From the human T2T-CHM13v2.0 reference genome, Homo sapiens: a stretch of DNA of 64,000 bases. The translations under genes and the position numbers were made by a program. This document shows, piece by piece, positions 12,333-27,876 of this stretch. Position 1 is the first letter of the stretch. Each line of letters opens with the position of its first letter. The stretch lies in NCBI RefSeq assembly GCF_009914755.1, contig NC_060940.1; one strand, 5' to 3'. Below the pieces are notes generated by a model. The model saw only the letters and a program-made list of their open reading frames with translations. It was not told where the DNA came from and searched no databases.

Positions 12333-14202
12333 TACCATCCCAGCCACACAGAACATCTTGCTGTTCCTCCATGTCCCACCTTGACATGTCTACAAATCTC
12401 TTCCTTCTGTCTAGAATGTCTTCCCCATCTCCTTCACCTGTGGAGGTTTAGCCTCGCTTTAAAGTCCAGCACTGATGCTAGTTTCATTTTCCTCTACATC
12501 CCTACAACATTTCATAAACAAAAATAAAACATACATCAGTGCTGCACCATAGTCTATTTCCCACCCTCTCTTCCCTCACCTCAGACTGAGTGCTTCCCCA
12601 TAGCAGGTCTTATTCTTCTCTCCAGTCTGAACACTTAGCACACAGTTGACATTTTGAGGATGATAAATAAGTATTTAGTGACTGAATGAGTGAATGAATA
12701 CCTTGGAACTGTTTTTCCATAAATATATATTCCCACAGTTCTCTTCCTATCAGTCAATGAACAACCACTTAATAAGACCCCGTTTCTTTTGAGTATTATG
12801 CCAGCTCTTTGGGAGAAAAATGACAACAATGACACTGTTCTCAAGAACTGAAAATGTGGTCTAAGAACGGCACCACTAGAAAGTACTACACATGCATAAT
12901 CAGTATGACTACCACACCTGGTATTCCAATGTCTACCAGGGATAAACTGCTCAGTTTGTAGATTAACACAGGAATCTAAAGGAGAAAATCCTACTAATCA
13001 GGGGGATATAGCTTAACTTTCTTGCTTAAACAACCCGAGATGATCAGCCAGACTTCCCAAGCCTGTAAAAAGAGGGCTCTACCAATGAGAAATTAACCAC
13101 CTGGTATTGAGATGGTAGATTCCGACTGAGTCCACTCAGGCTGATCTTAGACCGAGTTGGCAACAAACAAAAAGAGGGCCACAGCTGCCCCCAGTGTTCA
13201 GCTGCATTCCCAAGCTAGAGAACGAGACACTTCCAAATCTGAAATAACTCATCCAACTGAAGCAGGGCTCTATAAACAACAGACAAGTAAAATACATTGA
13301 ATAAATATTACATAATCTATTTTCTTTAGTGGTTGTGTCTGTATATATGTGGGTACATTCAGGTGTGGTTTTTACAATGACCCTTCGAAGTGGGTATTAT
13401 AATTACAACTTTATATGTGAGAAAACTAAGGTTTAAGATTTGATTAGTAACCTGGCACAAATCTTAAAACCAGTAAGAGAACACATCAGGATTCGAACAC
13501 CAATATGAGCCCATTTTCTACTCTTACTGCTGATGTGAGTACTAAGTCCTCATTAACTGGTGATGAAAGAAATAGATGTGAAGGAATTAAAACACCAAAA
13601 AGAGCCTTGGTATTTCCTCTCATCTTGGTTCAATAACCTCTTGTGAGAAAAAAGTTTTCAGTGCGTGTCGCTATAAATGAGCATGATTGGCTTGCCAGTT
13701 GAACCTACAAACAGAAATAATGTGAGAGGTCACAAGTCCACTCATTTGCAGTGGACTTCCAAAGAGTTTTGTCATGCAGTGTCTCAGTTAATCCCCCAAT
13801 AGCTCAGGGAGGTGGACATGGGCACCATTTTACATACAGAGAAAACATCCCAAAACATTGCAGTGATGACACATATTTATTAAGCATAAACCTTAGGCCA
13901 GGTACATCACACATTATGCCATTTAATCCACCCCATAAACTGTCATTGTGCCTCTTGTTCAGAAGAACAGGTTGGGGCTTAGAGAGGTTAAATGACTCAT
14001 CCGAGGTCATATAGCTTGTCCTCAGAGCCAGAATTCGAATCCAAAGACATGTTCTTAAGAACCATGGCATTCACCTCTCCCTAGGACACACAAGGGCTCA
14101 AATCGAGCCCATGAGGCTTCTATCAGCTATCTACCAGTTCATTTGGATTTTTGGCTCATTGCAGACTAATGATGCACAAGTGGTCTCATTAATGGTATGC
14201 AT

Positions 14203-14493
14203 GTTTGTTTGTTTGTTTGAGACGGAGGCTCGCTCTGTCACCCAGGCTGGAGTGCAGTGGCACCATCTTGGCTCACTGCAACCTCCACCTCCTGGGTCAA
14301 GCAATTCTTCTGCCTCAGCCTCCTGAGTAGCTGGGATTACAGGTGTGTGCCACCACACCCAGCTAATTTTATTTTTAGTAGAGATGGGGTTTCACCATGT
14401 TAGCCAAGCTGGTCTCAAACTCCCAACCTCATGATCCACCCGTCTTGGCCTCCCAAAGTGCTGGAATTACAGGCGTGAGCCACCGTGCCCAGC
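14203..14493 (-). mobile_element. Alu (AluS-like), (TTTG)n tail
   Basis: Reverse-complement Alu consensus. Confidence 0.93.
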
Positions 14494-14969
14494 CAATGTC
14501 ACGCACAGTTTTAAGCAAAACTATGTTTCAGTCTCAGCTAAACTATGTCATTACCACGTCTTCTCTGTCTCCCATTGCCGCTTAGAGATCACAAGATATG
14601 CCAAGATGGGTCTGGCTTTTAGAGACTCTCATTTTGCAGACCCATTCAAGCCATGGATTTAGTGTAGTGTCAAGATGAGAAGCCTAAACAACATAGAGAA
14701 AGCCCACGTTCAGCCATAACTTCCCACTCACTCCTCACTGAAGAGGTAGGCACAATAGCTTTCTCACTGCTTAGCAATTATATCAAGTAAGAGCTGTTGG
14801 ATGGCATGAGAGACCACAAGTAGACACAGAATGGCTATTTGGTTGGCTGGCTGCTCATTTTTTGAGCAAATAAAATAAGCACTAAATTCAAAACAGAGCC
14901 TCCCACAAAATAATCCAAAATTTAAATGAATTTTTTAAAAAAAGCATAGTTGAAATGGAGATAAGTCAT

Positions 14970-15140
14970 GGAAGAGTCAGAGAGGAGAGAAAAGAAGAGG
15001 GAAGGGAGGAAGAGGGAAGAGAGGATGATGGAGAGAGGAATCGAGAGATGAGAGGAGATGGAGAGGAAAAGAGAGGAGGAAAGAAGAGAGGAATGAGTAA
15101 AGAAGAAAATTGAAAGAGGTGGCAGAGAGATGGGAGGGGC
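14970..15140. repeat. GA-rich low-complexity tract
   Basis: Nearly all purines on the + strand (GAGAGGA-type units). Confidence 0.85.
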
Positions 15141-15272
15141 TAAGAAGACTGGAGATTACTAATGGTGCAGCTGAATCATAAAACTACCATGCTTATAGGA
15201 AACTCGTGGCTCTGGGGTTTAACGAAAGGTTTTATATTTTTAATTTGCCAGATCAGGGAAGCAGCAGGGTCT

Positions 15273-15571
15273 TTTTTTTTTTTTTTTTTTTTTGAGATGG
15301 GGTCTTGTTTTGTCATCCAGGCTGGAGTGCAGTGGTGTAATTACAACTCACAGCAGCCTCGACCTCCTGGGCTCAGGCATCCTCCTGCCTCAGCCTTCCA
15401 AGTAGCTGGGACTATAGGCCTATGCCACCACATCTGGCTATTTTTTCTTTTTTTTGGAGGGACAGGGTCTCCCTGTGTTCCCCAGGCTGGTCTTGAACTC
15501 CTAGGCTTAAGTGATCCTCCTGCCTCGGCCTCCCTAAGTGCTGGAATTATAGGCGTGAATCACCATGCCTG
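15273..15571 (-). mobile_element. Alu (AluJ-like)
   Basis: Reverse Alu with J-type CAGCCTCGACCTCCTGGGCTCA..ATCCTCC. Confidence 0.9.
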
Positions 15572-18309
15572 ACACAGCAGAACCTTTGAGATATATTTAA
15601 GCAAGGAGGCTGGAATACCGCCTCATTTGACTCCAGGGAAAATATAACTTTTTCCCAGAGATGAAAATAAAGACACCAGAGCGGGGTCCACTCAAGGATA
15701 CTGATGTGAGCCATCCCCTGCCTCCCTATATCGGCTGGCAGAGACAGGCAGGCTAGGGGATGCAAAATCTCATGGGTAGAGATGCAGCCTTGCTTCAGAG
15801 AAATCTTACTGCAAACCCTGGAGGCCAGACTTTAGACAGGATTGCAATGACATTATGTATCCGAGGCAGTGGAAGTTTCCTCTAAAGAAAAAATGGGAGG
15901 CAAGTGGCTTGAGGAAGTCAGGCACAGCGAGCTTCGTAGCCAGGGTCCTGGAGCCAACCTCAAGGCAGCCTCTTTGACTCACACAATACTGTCTGGCTAC
16001 ATCATCACTGTTCTCAGCCCAACCTTCCTCCTGGCCATAGAATCTCTGTATGCTCACTACAGAAAAAAATAAAAAAATATCTAGAGCATGAGGACACAGA
16101 AAGGACTTCCAGAATCCCCCACCCAGTGGCAACCACTTGGACACATGACTGCTTGGAGATTGAGAGCCAAATTCAAATCCCAACTTAGGTTCTCACTAAT
16201 TGGATGAGTTGGGGCAAGTCACGTCACCTTCCTAAGGCTCAGTTTGCTCCTCTGTATAACAAGAGTAATAAAAAGTAGCTTCCTCATGGTATTATTGTGA
16301 AAAATAAAATAAAATGCTTGGTGCACTGTCCAGCATGTACAGGGAATCTATTGCTATTATTTATTATTGTTACTAACAGCATTAGATGCATTTCCTTTCT
16401 CTGCATCTTGAAGGTAGTCTATGCAAAGTACCCAGCATAGCCTGTAGGATATCTCCAGGCCATTAGAGAGAGAAAAAAAAAAGTCCTTCCTAAATTCAAA
16501 CTTCATATCACTTCGCCCTCTGATTTAAGCAGGGCATTAGGTTCATCTCTAACTCTCCCTTTCTGTCAACTGAAGAACATGGATCTGCTCCATTCACTGC
16601 ACAGTCAAGCTGGGGGGCACTGCAGAGAACAAGGAAAGAAGACCACCACCAGCAGACATGGGCCATGGCAGCTCTTAACAATGGCCCCAGGAAAGCCTAG
16701 TAGCTCCACTCAGTGAGAAACACGCCAAACAAGAACCAGGTCTGCTTTTCTCTCACTTCCTCCCACCCCAAAACAATGCAGAACTTGAAATCAGGTGCTT
16801 TCAGATTCAGGTGAACGAACCTCAGGAACAACTGCACTTCCAGTCCCCTCTCTTTCTCAATCACAGAAACGATCAAGTTCTCTCCTATTCCACCTGCCTG
16901 TTCTCAAGTGGACCCTCCCGTGGAGATGGCTCTATTTCAAATCAAAACCCCATCGCACCACCACCCAAGGGCTTCCTTTTGCCTTTCCCTAATCCACTTT
17001 TTGCCTAGTGCTTATTATCAGCTGACACATTAAATATTTGTTATGTTTCTGTTGGCCTCTCCTCACACAAAGAAGACAGGTTTGTTGACTGCTGTATCTC
17101 CAGCATGCACAGCCCATTGAAGGCTCAAGTAGCATTTGTTACATGAGAAAATAAGTTGTTTATAGCCCTCCCCAACACCTAGCATCCACATAAAGTGTAA
17201 GGGATCTTATAAAGGAGTTGCCCATATTACAGATGAGGAAACTGAGGCTCAGAGAGAACAGACTTTTCCAAGCTCTCACAGCAAAGTTTAGCATCTCAGC
17301 TATCAAGACAACCCAAGTATTAACGTTAGAATATAGTGAATGTCCCCCCCTGCCAGTGCTCCAAGGAACGTTCATCCTGCCTTGTTTCAGAAGCAACATC
17401 CACAGCCACAGCGTCATAGGAGCCTGGCTGCCCATCCTGGGTCTGCATTTACTAGCTGAGTGAGGTTGGTGTGTCTCTCAGTGATTCCATCTAGCCATAT
17501 GCAAAATAAGATGACAAATCCTGCTCTTACTACCTTCCAGTGCTGCTCTGGACATCGATGGAATATTTTGGAAACATCCTTGGCTTCTGATGATGGAAGG
17601 GGAACCCAGTGAGACATGAGGAGTCCTCGCTGGTGAGTGCTGGAGTTGGTGAGCTTTCAGCATGGGCTGGCCTGGTGCCTCTGCGACTTCCCATCCACAA
17701 GCTGTCCCTACCCTTACTCGTCACAAGCAAGGCAATGTTGATGCAGTAAAGGACTAAACCAGAGATGATGCTGCACCCACCAACCAAGTGCTTCCTCTGC
17801 CCTGCGTGCTCCTCCTCTCTCCTCCCTCGTCCAAGGCATTCCGAAAAGCACCCTTGTCTTTTGGGCAGAGTTCCCTTTCCACCCTCGAGCTGTCCCCACT
17901 GCCTTAGCCTGGACTAATCTCTCCAGGGAACCTCTCCTACATCCACCTGGCTTCTCACAGAACAGTGCGGGAGGTTGGGGACTTATTACAAAGTGCTCTG
18001 AAGGATGTTGCCGAGTGCCTCTGGTTTTTGTCTAGTCACTGAAAATGCCGACATCATCCTTGATCAGTGACACATGTTCTACATATGCCCCACGCCAGGT
18101 CTGTGTTGAGCAGTAAATAATATGTCACTTACTGCTTGCAGCAACTCTATGAGGCAGGAACTGTGATTGTGCCCATTTCAAAGACGAGCAACCTGGGACA
18201 CACAGAGTGTTTTGTTAAATTCCCCCAAGTTTCACAGTCAGTAAGTGGCACAGCCATGATTCAAATGCAGGTATCTGGCATAGTAGGGAAAGAGCATGGT
18301 GGTGATGGC

Positions 18310-19449
<1,140 letters not shown>

Positions 19450-19686
19450 AAGGCTGCAGTCACGTAGACTCAAAAGAAAAACAGTATTTTAAAAAAAAGA
19501 ACAAGAATGCTGTATAAAACAGTAAACAGTAAAACATAATGCAGCAATTAAAAGTTAATGCCCCAACATTTATTTTGGGGATACGGCATATGTCTCACCT
19601 AGTCTGGGACTAAAAAGTTTCCTGCCTTATTCATGCAGGGGCTTCTTCATGGTTTGCGTAAGGCAGCCAATTAAAGTAGAAACTCA

Positions 19687-20016
<330 letters not shown>

Positions 20017-20193
20017 TCAATGGAGGCTGCAGCATCTTCAAAGTTTATCACTGATTGTGTAAAGCAAGCACGGGCTATGTGCAAGCTGGGCTGCCTATGG
20101 ACAGGAAGGGATCATTTTCAGAGGCGTTTCAAATCATCTTCACGTTCTTGGGTGATTTTTTAAAAAAAAAATCATTAAATGTTATACAACTCT

Positions 20194-20247
20194 CATTTCT
20201 CTCGTCCTTCAATATTACTGCATTTCTCTCATCATTCAATATTACTG
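20194..20247. repeat. 27-bp tandem duplication
   Basis: CATTTCTCTCGTCCTTCAATATTACTG followed by CATTTCTCTCATCATTCAATATTACTG. Confidence 0.9.
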
Positions 20248-21109
20248 TCAGTTCTGGCAGAAAATATAATATACCCCTGCTGAGTTTCCTATGCCCTTCT
20301 CTGCTCCAGATCATGTTGTGTTTGTATGAATAGCATGTGCACAGGTGAGACACTGCCTCCTTGGAAGACACCAAAGGCGTGTGGCTGCTGTGTCCAGTCA
20401 TGTGCTCAGACTTCACCCCTGCTATGGGGATGAGGGCAAGGGTATTGGTTTTGGTCTCCTGCCTGCACTTACTGTTGCCCTGGGGGTGAAGATGCTACCT
20501 GAAAACCCACATATCCTGGAAAGGTCTCACACAAGGATCAGGCGTTTTCAGACAGAAAGGTTTTCTTGTTGATGTTTTCTACTGCATTCTCTCTTAAGCT
20601 CAAGACTTTTTATTTTGTGTTTTTTACATTGATGAGTTATAAAGGGGCCTCTCTCATCTTTCCCTTCTTTTTACCTTCTTCTTTGCTGAATCTCTGCTCT
20701 CTGGCCAGGAGTCATTACATAGAAACTTAAGTGCAGGGTGATCATCTATTAACTCAGCAAATAGTTATCGACAGCTACAATCTCAGATACTATTTAAGGC
20801 TTCAGAGATACAGCAGTGAGCAAAATTGCTGTCAAAGTGCCCACATTCTAGTGGAAAAAGCAATAAATAGATGTATTATTTGTTGCCCTAAAAAAGTGAA
20901 AAGTGAAGCTTCTTTGGTATGTCTCATGCACCATCTAGGGGGTAGGCTCTGCCATACTGGCTGCTGACTTGTTAAAAATACTACTATCATGAGGCCAGGG
21001 AGAAATCTGAACTCGGGAAAGTGGTGTGGGGGCCAGAATTTGAGAAGAGAAGAAGCCTACGCTGGAATCGCACTTAGTTCACGTCACTTCCCAGATCTGG
21101 CTTCCAATG

Positions 21110-22175
21110 GCCTCTTCTCACCCTCTAAATAAAATACGTAAATCCTCAATGTGGCCTTTACAATCTGCCTCTTTTAATCCTTCTCTGCAGCCACAATGAC
21201 TTCTATGATGGTCTTCCAATACCCTGAGCCTGTTCCCACCTCAGGGTCTTTGCCATTGCTGTGCTGCCCCCTGGAAAGCCCTTCCCCCAGATACTCACAT
21301 GGGTGTCCCTTCACTTCAAATGTCAGCACAAGAGGTTTTTCCTGCCTAAATGGCAGCCAATATGCTCTAGTCTCTCGCCCTGCTTTTAAGTATTTCTTCC
21401 CAGCCACACTGCTTCCTGACACATTCATTCACTTGCTTGTCCATTTGCCGTCTCTGTCCTTATACAGAAACGTCATCTCTCTAAGGCAGGGGCTTTGTCG
21501 TGGTCAGTGCTGCGTTCCTGGCACCCAGCAGAGAGCCCGTAGACAGTGGTGCACAATAATTACCCATGGAATGGTGAATGTTTCTTAGCAACTGTAACTT
21601 ACTGCCTGCACTCCTCTCCCCTGCAGCCGGTTCTCCACGTGGCCACCAGAGGATGCTTCTGGAAGGTAAATCTCATGTTCACCACCATCCACCCTGGCTT
21701 TAAAATCTTTAGTGGTTTCTTTCTGCTCTTATAACAAAGATGCAACACCCAAATGTGGCCTGAGGGTCTCAGCACGGTCCTGCTCTGACCTCCTTCACTC
21801 TTACCCTCCAAGCACCAGGGTCTTCTCAGGCAATTTTTTTCAGACCAGACATTTGCTATGATCCCTCCGGCCACAGGGCCTATGCCCAGTCTCTTTCCAC
21901 TTCCTGCAATGCTTTTCCCTTCCCTCTGTCACCCACCCTAGTCTTCACATCTCAGTTTCAGCCCATGTCCTCAGGGAACCTTCTCTGACCTTCCTGGGTG
22001 GGTCACACAGTACTTATTACAGCGCATCGTATTTACTTGCATGATACTTTTTTGAAATATGTCCCTCCTTCTCTAGACTGTCAGATTCACATGAGCAGAA
22101 ACAGCACCTGGTTTTGGACCCCATTTTATGCTGAGCCTAGCATATAGTAGGCTTTCAAGAAATCCATGAACAAAT
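21110..22175 (+). mobile_element. Two consecutive L2 3' fragments
   Basis: CCCACCTCAGGGTCTTTGCC.. and CCACAGGGCC.. motifs, each followed by an L2-type tail. Confidence 0.6.
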
Positions 22176-22836
22176 AACTAAAGAGCTGTGACCTTCAAAC
22201 AAGCTACTTCAAGCTTGTTGAGCCTTGGGTAACGATGGCTATGCCAGAGAGACATGGGAGACTTCAATGACATAAAATGGATGATATTTTATAAACAACA
22301 ATTGGCGCACACTGTACAAATTAAGTGATTTTTTTTAAATGTGGGTCTACCCACCTCTAAGCCTTTCATCTAATTTGATACCTTCCACAGAGATACCTTG
22401 ATCTAAATGCCACCTCTGCTGAGTTTCTTTTAGCGCCTTTTGCATTATGAAAAGTCAGTATCTCATTGAATCTTCTCATCAAAACAGCCAGACATTTACC
22501 ATGTGTTCCAAGTGCTTTATATAAATTAACTTTCAGCCCTTGCAACCCACCTTCAAAGGTAAATACTATCATTATCCCCATTTCACAGACGAGGAACTGA
22601 GGCACCAAGGAAAATGAAAACTTTCCAGTAGGCACACCCCTAGAAAGTGGTGGATTCAGGGTTGAACGAACACAGTTTAATGCCGGTCTCCACTCTGAGC
22701 CATTAAACAACAGTGGTGGAACACACACCAAACAACAAATGGGGAAACTGAGGCCCAGAGAGCTTTCATCATAGCTTCTGCCTGACTCCCAGCTGCAACT
22801 CCTAACATAAGTCTCTGCTCATGTGAAAGAGTTCAG

Positions 22837-22934
22837 TGTCCTCACCCAATGGAGAGTTTCCTTATCATTGTCCTTACCCAATGGAGAGTTTCTTGTGTCC
22901 ATATATCCAGTGTCCTTACCCAGTGGAGAGTTTC
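22837..22934. repeat. Three 24-bp direct repeats with unequal spacers
   Basis: TGTCCTYACCCARTGGAGAGTTTC at 22837, 22869 and 22911. Confidence 0.9.
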
Positions 22935-24216
22935 TCGAACCCATGACTACACCATGCTTTTAAGCACACCAGGCTCCTAGGATACCACAGGTGCCCCAGC
23001 TGGTTTGCACCTGTGGGCAAAGTTTGCCCTGCATTCCTGGGCACGTGATTATACCTATATTGGGGTGAATTTCTGTGACTTTCCCAGATGCATGTATCTG
23101 ACACCCCCACCTACCAACCGTGAACTGTTATAATTCCATCAACATTTGCCAAGCAAGATTGTACCACATGGAACTCTGCAGTGAGCAGAGGTTACAGAGT
23201 GAGGCTTTGGCCAAATAGGTCTGGGTTCAAATCATTCATTCATTCATTTTGTTAACAAACACTGTAGAGCTTTGGCTGTATGATGGGCCTGTGTTACCAA
23301 CTCAGGATACCAAGGTAAACCCAGGAAACACAGGTGCCGCTATCAGAAACCCAGAGCCTGGAGGGGTAGACAGACACTAAACACAACAACAAGCAAGAAA
23401 ATTGGCAATTGTGATACAAGCTACGATGAAAATAAACAGGATGATGTGATGAAACAAAACTGAGAGTGAGGGGTTAGAACAGGGCCATGATCTTCTCCCC
23501 ATCAAGCTAAATGTGTTTGGGCAAGTCTCGTAATCCCTCCAAACCTGTTTCCAAATCTGTTCATGGTGATGGTTAATCTCAAGGCACATATAAAATGCTC
23601 AGAAATGAAAGCTATGCCTTTCTGGAACCCAGGCACCAGGCATTCAGGTGTGAACAAAGCTATCCATGCAGTCCGGGAGGGGAGCCAGACAGAAGCAAGC
23701 ATGTGCGACCAGCATTAAAGGGGCAGCTGCAGTCAGTCCTCTCTGGAGCCCTGTCCTTGTTCTTCCCAACACAGCCTTGTGCGTATGCTGATGCTGCATG
23801 AAATCCCTGCTTCTTCATCGTTCGTCACAAGAGGTAAGTTCCCCAGCTCCATCCCAGCCCAGCAGCCAACCATAGGAAAGGCAGCTGAGAAGTGCCTTCC
23901 TTCTCCTGCCTTCTTGGGTCATTGAGCAAAGAGGAGACAGAGGCACACGGGCCCACTCTCTCTTCTTTTTTTCCTATCAACCGGGCCAAACAACCAGCAA
24001 GGAACACCTGCTGAAAGGTGAAGAGGACAGAGCCTTGGCAGAGATTAATGCCTTCCTGATGCCAGGCGGCCGTGAGAACTGAGATTGGCAGTGTGAAGGT
24101 CCACCTTCTCTGCAACCAAATCATAAGTGTCCCATAGACAAAGGCTTTGTGTTTATCTGCCTTCAGACTGGTCAGTGATCAGGGAAGCTTAGCAACTTGG
24201 GGCAAAACTGGCTCAG

Positions 24217-24506
24217 GGCCGGGCATGGTGGCTCATGCCTGTAATCCTAGCACTTCGGGAGGCTGAGGAAGGCTGATCACTTGAGACCAGAAGTGCGAGA
24301 CCATCTTGGCCAATATGGTGAAACCCTATCTCTACTAAAAATCCAAAAAATTAGCCGGAATGTTAGCACATGCCTATAGTCCCTGCTACTCGGGAGGCTG
24401 AGGCAGGAGAAGTGCTTGAACCCAGGAGGCGGAGGTTGCAGTGAGCCAAGATCGTGTCACTGCACCCCAGGCTGGACGATAAGAGTGAGACCCCACGTCA
24501 AAAAAA

Positions 24507-24538
<32 letters not shown>
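24217..24538 (+). mobile_element. Alu (AluS-like)
   Basis: Full Alu, TSD AAAACTGGCTCAG. Confidence 0.95.
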
Positions 24539-24540
<2 letters not shown>

Positions 24541-24999
24541 GGCTCAGAACTGATGGAGCCACACTTTGAGAAGGATGTTGACTTGCTGGCTAATGAATGA
24601 TTAAGGTCAAGAGGTAAAGGTGTCACTCATCTTTAATAGCCCCAGGTGGAAGAAAACTGGTCTATCTATTCAGGAGACTTACTGGTCCTTGGCTTTCTTA
24701 AAGATTCCCCAAATCTAGAGTTCTCCTGACATTGGTGTGACCCCTCCACTCATCTCAAGAACCACTAGGACTTTGCATTTTCAGAAAGCATGGTTGACTG
24801 TCTGCATTCAGTGATTTGTTGGCTGAGACAGTCCTAATAGGTCAGCTAATTTGAATATCACACATATACCCAAATTACACATTGATACTTTAGCCTACAG
24901 TAATCTTTCTAAAACTCTTCAGCGGCCCCCATTAAATATAAACTCATCCTGGCTCACAAATCCTTTACAACATGACAACATCTTTGACTTCATCTTCAC

Positions 25000-25298
25000 T
25001 TTCTTTTAACGTGTTTAGAGACAGGGTCTCGTTCTGTCACCCAGGCTGGAGTGCAGTGGCACCATCACAACTCACTACAGCCTTGAACTCTTGGGCTCCA
25101 GTGAACCTCCTGCCTCAACCTCTTGAGTAGCTGGGACTACAGGCACACGTCACCACACCTGGCTAATTTTTGTATTTTTTGTAGAGACAGGGTCTTGCTA
25201 TATTGCTCACTCTGGTCTTAAATGTCAAGACTCAAGTGATCCTCCTGCCTTGGCCTCTCAAAATGCTGAGATTACAGATGTGAGCCACCACTCCCCAC
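25000..25298 (-). mobile_element. Alu (AluJ-like)
   Basis: Reverse Alu; flanked by CATCTTCACT/CATCCTCACT. Confidence 0.88.
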
Positions 25299-25541
25299 CC
25301 ATCCTCACTGCCCACCATGTGTCTGTACTTCCTTTCTCTCACCCTCCTCTCCATATACCCTCCAAACTGTACTGCTCCTCTGAAGAAGTCTCACACATCT
25401 ATATCTCCCTGCCTCTGCTCCATTTCAAATGTCCTTCCCTGGCTCCTTTCAAAGCCCTTACCTATCCCTCAAGGCACATCTCATGTGTCACCTCCCCTGT
25501 GAAGCTCTGCCTGACTTCTCCAGGGTCTCACAGACCCTAGG

Positions 25542-25682
25542 CCAGGGGCTCTCAAACTTGAGTGTGCATGGGCATCACCCACTGGAGTCACCGACCAGGA
25601 GATCTCAGGGGAAGCCCAAGAATCTGCATTCCCAAGTGATGCTGATGCTGCTGGTCCAGGGACCACACTTTGAGAACCACTG
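25542..25682. mobile_element. MER5A-like
   Basis: CTCTCAAACTTGAGTGTGCAT..GATGCTGCTGGTCCAGGGACCACACTTTGAGAACCACTG. Confidence 0.8.
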
Positions 25683-25692
25683 CACTGGATGA

Positions 25693-25999
<307 letters not shown>

Positions 26000-26166
26000 T
26001 AATGGATTTCTATGGAATTTAATTTCCTTTCTGCCTACTGCTTTCAGGTAAAAACGATGATTGATTCAGATTCCCCTGATGATCTCACTTGCATAACTGA
26101 GATCGGGTTTTTCTGAAATTCACCAGGACTTCTCCCCTTTTCAATCACTTTGTGTGATTGGTATTA

Positions 26167-26950
26167 GCATTAGTTCTCTAGAACTGCTGTGGCAAAGTAC
26201 TGCAAACTTGGTGGCTTGAACAATATAATTTTTTTCTCTCATAGTTCTGGAGGCTGAAAGTGTAAGATCAAGGTGTCGGTGGTTCCCTCTGGAGTCTCTG
26301 AAGGACAATCTATTTCATGCCTTTCTTCCAGCTTCTGGTAGCCTCAGGCATTCCTTGGCTCATACATGGTGTTCTATTTATGCCATAATAAAAATATTAG
26401 TACTTACTTTTTTTTTTTTCTTTTTTTTTTTTTTTGAGATGGATTCTCACTCTGTCACCCAGGCTGGAGTGCAGTGGCGCAATCTCGGCTCATTGCAAAC
26501 GCCATTCTCCTGCCTCATCCTCTGGAGTAGCTGGGACTACAGGCACCCGCCACAACGCCCGGCTAATTTTTTTTTTTTGTATTTTTAGTAGAGATGGCGT
26601 TTCACTGTGTTAGCCAGGATGGTCTCCATCTCCTGACCTCGTGATCCGCCCACCTCGGCCTCCCAAAATGCTGGGACTACAGGCGTGAGCCACCGTGCCT
26701 GGCCAGTATTATTTTTTTTAAGATTGTATGCATCTTCATACCATCTCTCCTCTCTGCATGTCTGTTTCTGTGTCCAATTTTCCCCTTTTTATAAGGACAC
26801 CAGTCTTATCAGATTAGGGCTCACACTAATGACCTCCTTTTAACTTGATTACCTCTGTAAAGACCCTCTCTCCAAATAAGGTCACATCCTGAGGTACTGA
26901 GGGTTAGGACTTCAACATATATTTTGTTTTGGTGGGGGATACAGCCCATG
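26167..26950 (-). mobile_element. MaLR LTR (MLT1-family) interrupted by an Alu
   Basis: AGTTCTGGAGGCTGAAAGTGTAAGATCAAGGTGTCGG; resumes TATAAGGACACCAGTC..GAGGTACTGAGGGTTAGGACTTCAAC. Confidence 0.75.
26407..26704 (-). mobile_element. Alu (AluY-like) with an internal deletion
   Basis: ACGCCATTCTCC and GTGTTAGCCAGGATGGTCTC diagnostics. Confidence 0.9.
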
Positions 26951-27589
26951 ATGCCTTGTCAGATGACACCTCTGATCCCAGGAGGATCCATGCCGTGGAG
27001 ACAAACAACTCATTATTTGCCTTGATGACCTGTCATCTCATAGACACCTCCCTGGATGGATGGAGCACTGGAATTTGGGCTACCAGAGAGTTCCGCCTCG
27101 GTTAGCAGAAGTAATTTGCCCGTGTCCTTATGCAACATGCTGACCTGGTCGGTCATTTAAATGAAAGGGCACGGCAGCCATGCAAAACTCTATCTCCCTA
27201 ATGCTTTTCTTCCCATTGCTTTCTTCTTCTTGAAATATAAAAACGACCCTGTTGTATAACTGCATTCCATTGCACTGCATTAACTAAACCAATTCTAAGT
27301 TCTTTTGTGGAAACATGGTGATCACTTCTCCGCTTGCATGCACTAACAGCCCGCATTTGAAGCCTCTCCCCGCCGTGTGCAGCCCTGCCACCCTCCACCG
27401 CACCCGACACGCATTATCCAGAGTGATCATTCTAAAAAGTATATTGGACTAAGTTACTTAAAACCTGCTTAAAACACTTTAATGTTTCCCCTTCCCTAAG
27501 ATAAAGTCTAAACCCCTTAGCATGATATTCAAGGGTCTTCATTCATCTCCATCTGACAGCTTCTCTACTCCTATTTCTTTTATTATTGG

Positions 27590-27876
27590 TTTTTATTTTT
27601 TAGAGACAGGGTCTTGCACTGTCACCCAGGCTGGTGTGCAGCGGAGTGATCAGAGTTCACTGCAGCCTCTACCTCCTGGACTCAGGTGATCCTCCCACCT
27701 CAGCCTCCTGAGTATCTGAGACAGGCGCATGCCACCACACCCAGCTAATTTTTGTATTACAGTGACAGGGTCTTGCTATGTTGCCCAGGCTACTCTCCAA
27801 CTCCTGGATTCAAGCAATCCTCTTGTCTCAGCCTCCCAAATTGTTGAGATTACAGGCATGAATCATTGTGCCTGGC
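27590..27876 (-). mobile_element. Alu (AluJ-like)
   Basis: Reverse Alu with J-type features. Confidence 0.88.

Noticed and set aside
13660-13695. TATAAA next to ATTGG as a possible promoter
   Set aside because: The CCAAT-type box lies downstream of the TATA, there is no other promoter context, and such motifs are expected by chance.
22837-22934. CRISPR-like repeat-spacer appearance
   Set aside because: Primate DNA, only three units, 8- and 18-nt spacers, and no cas genes.
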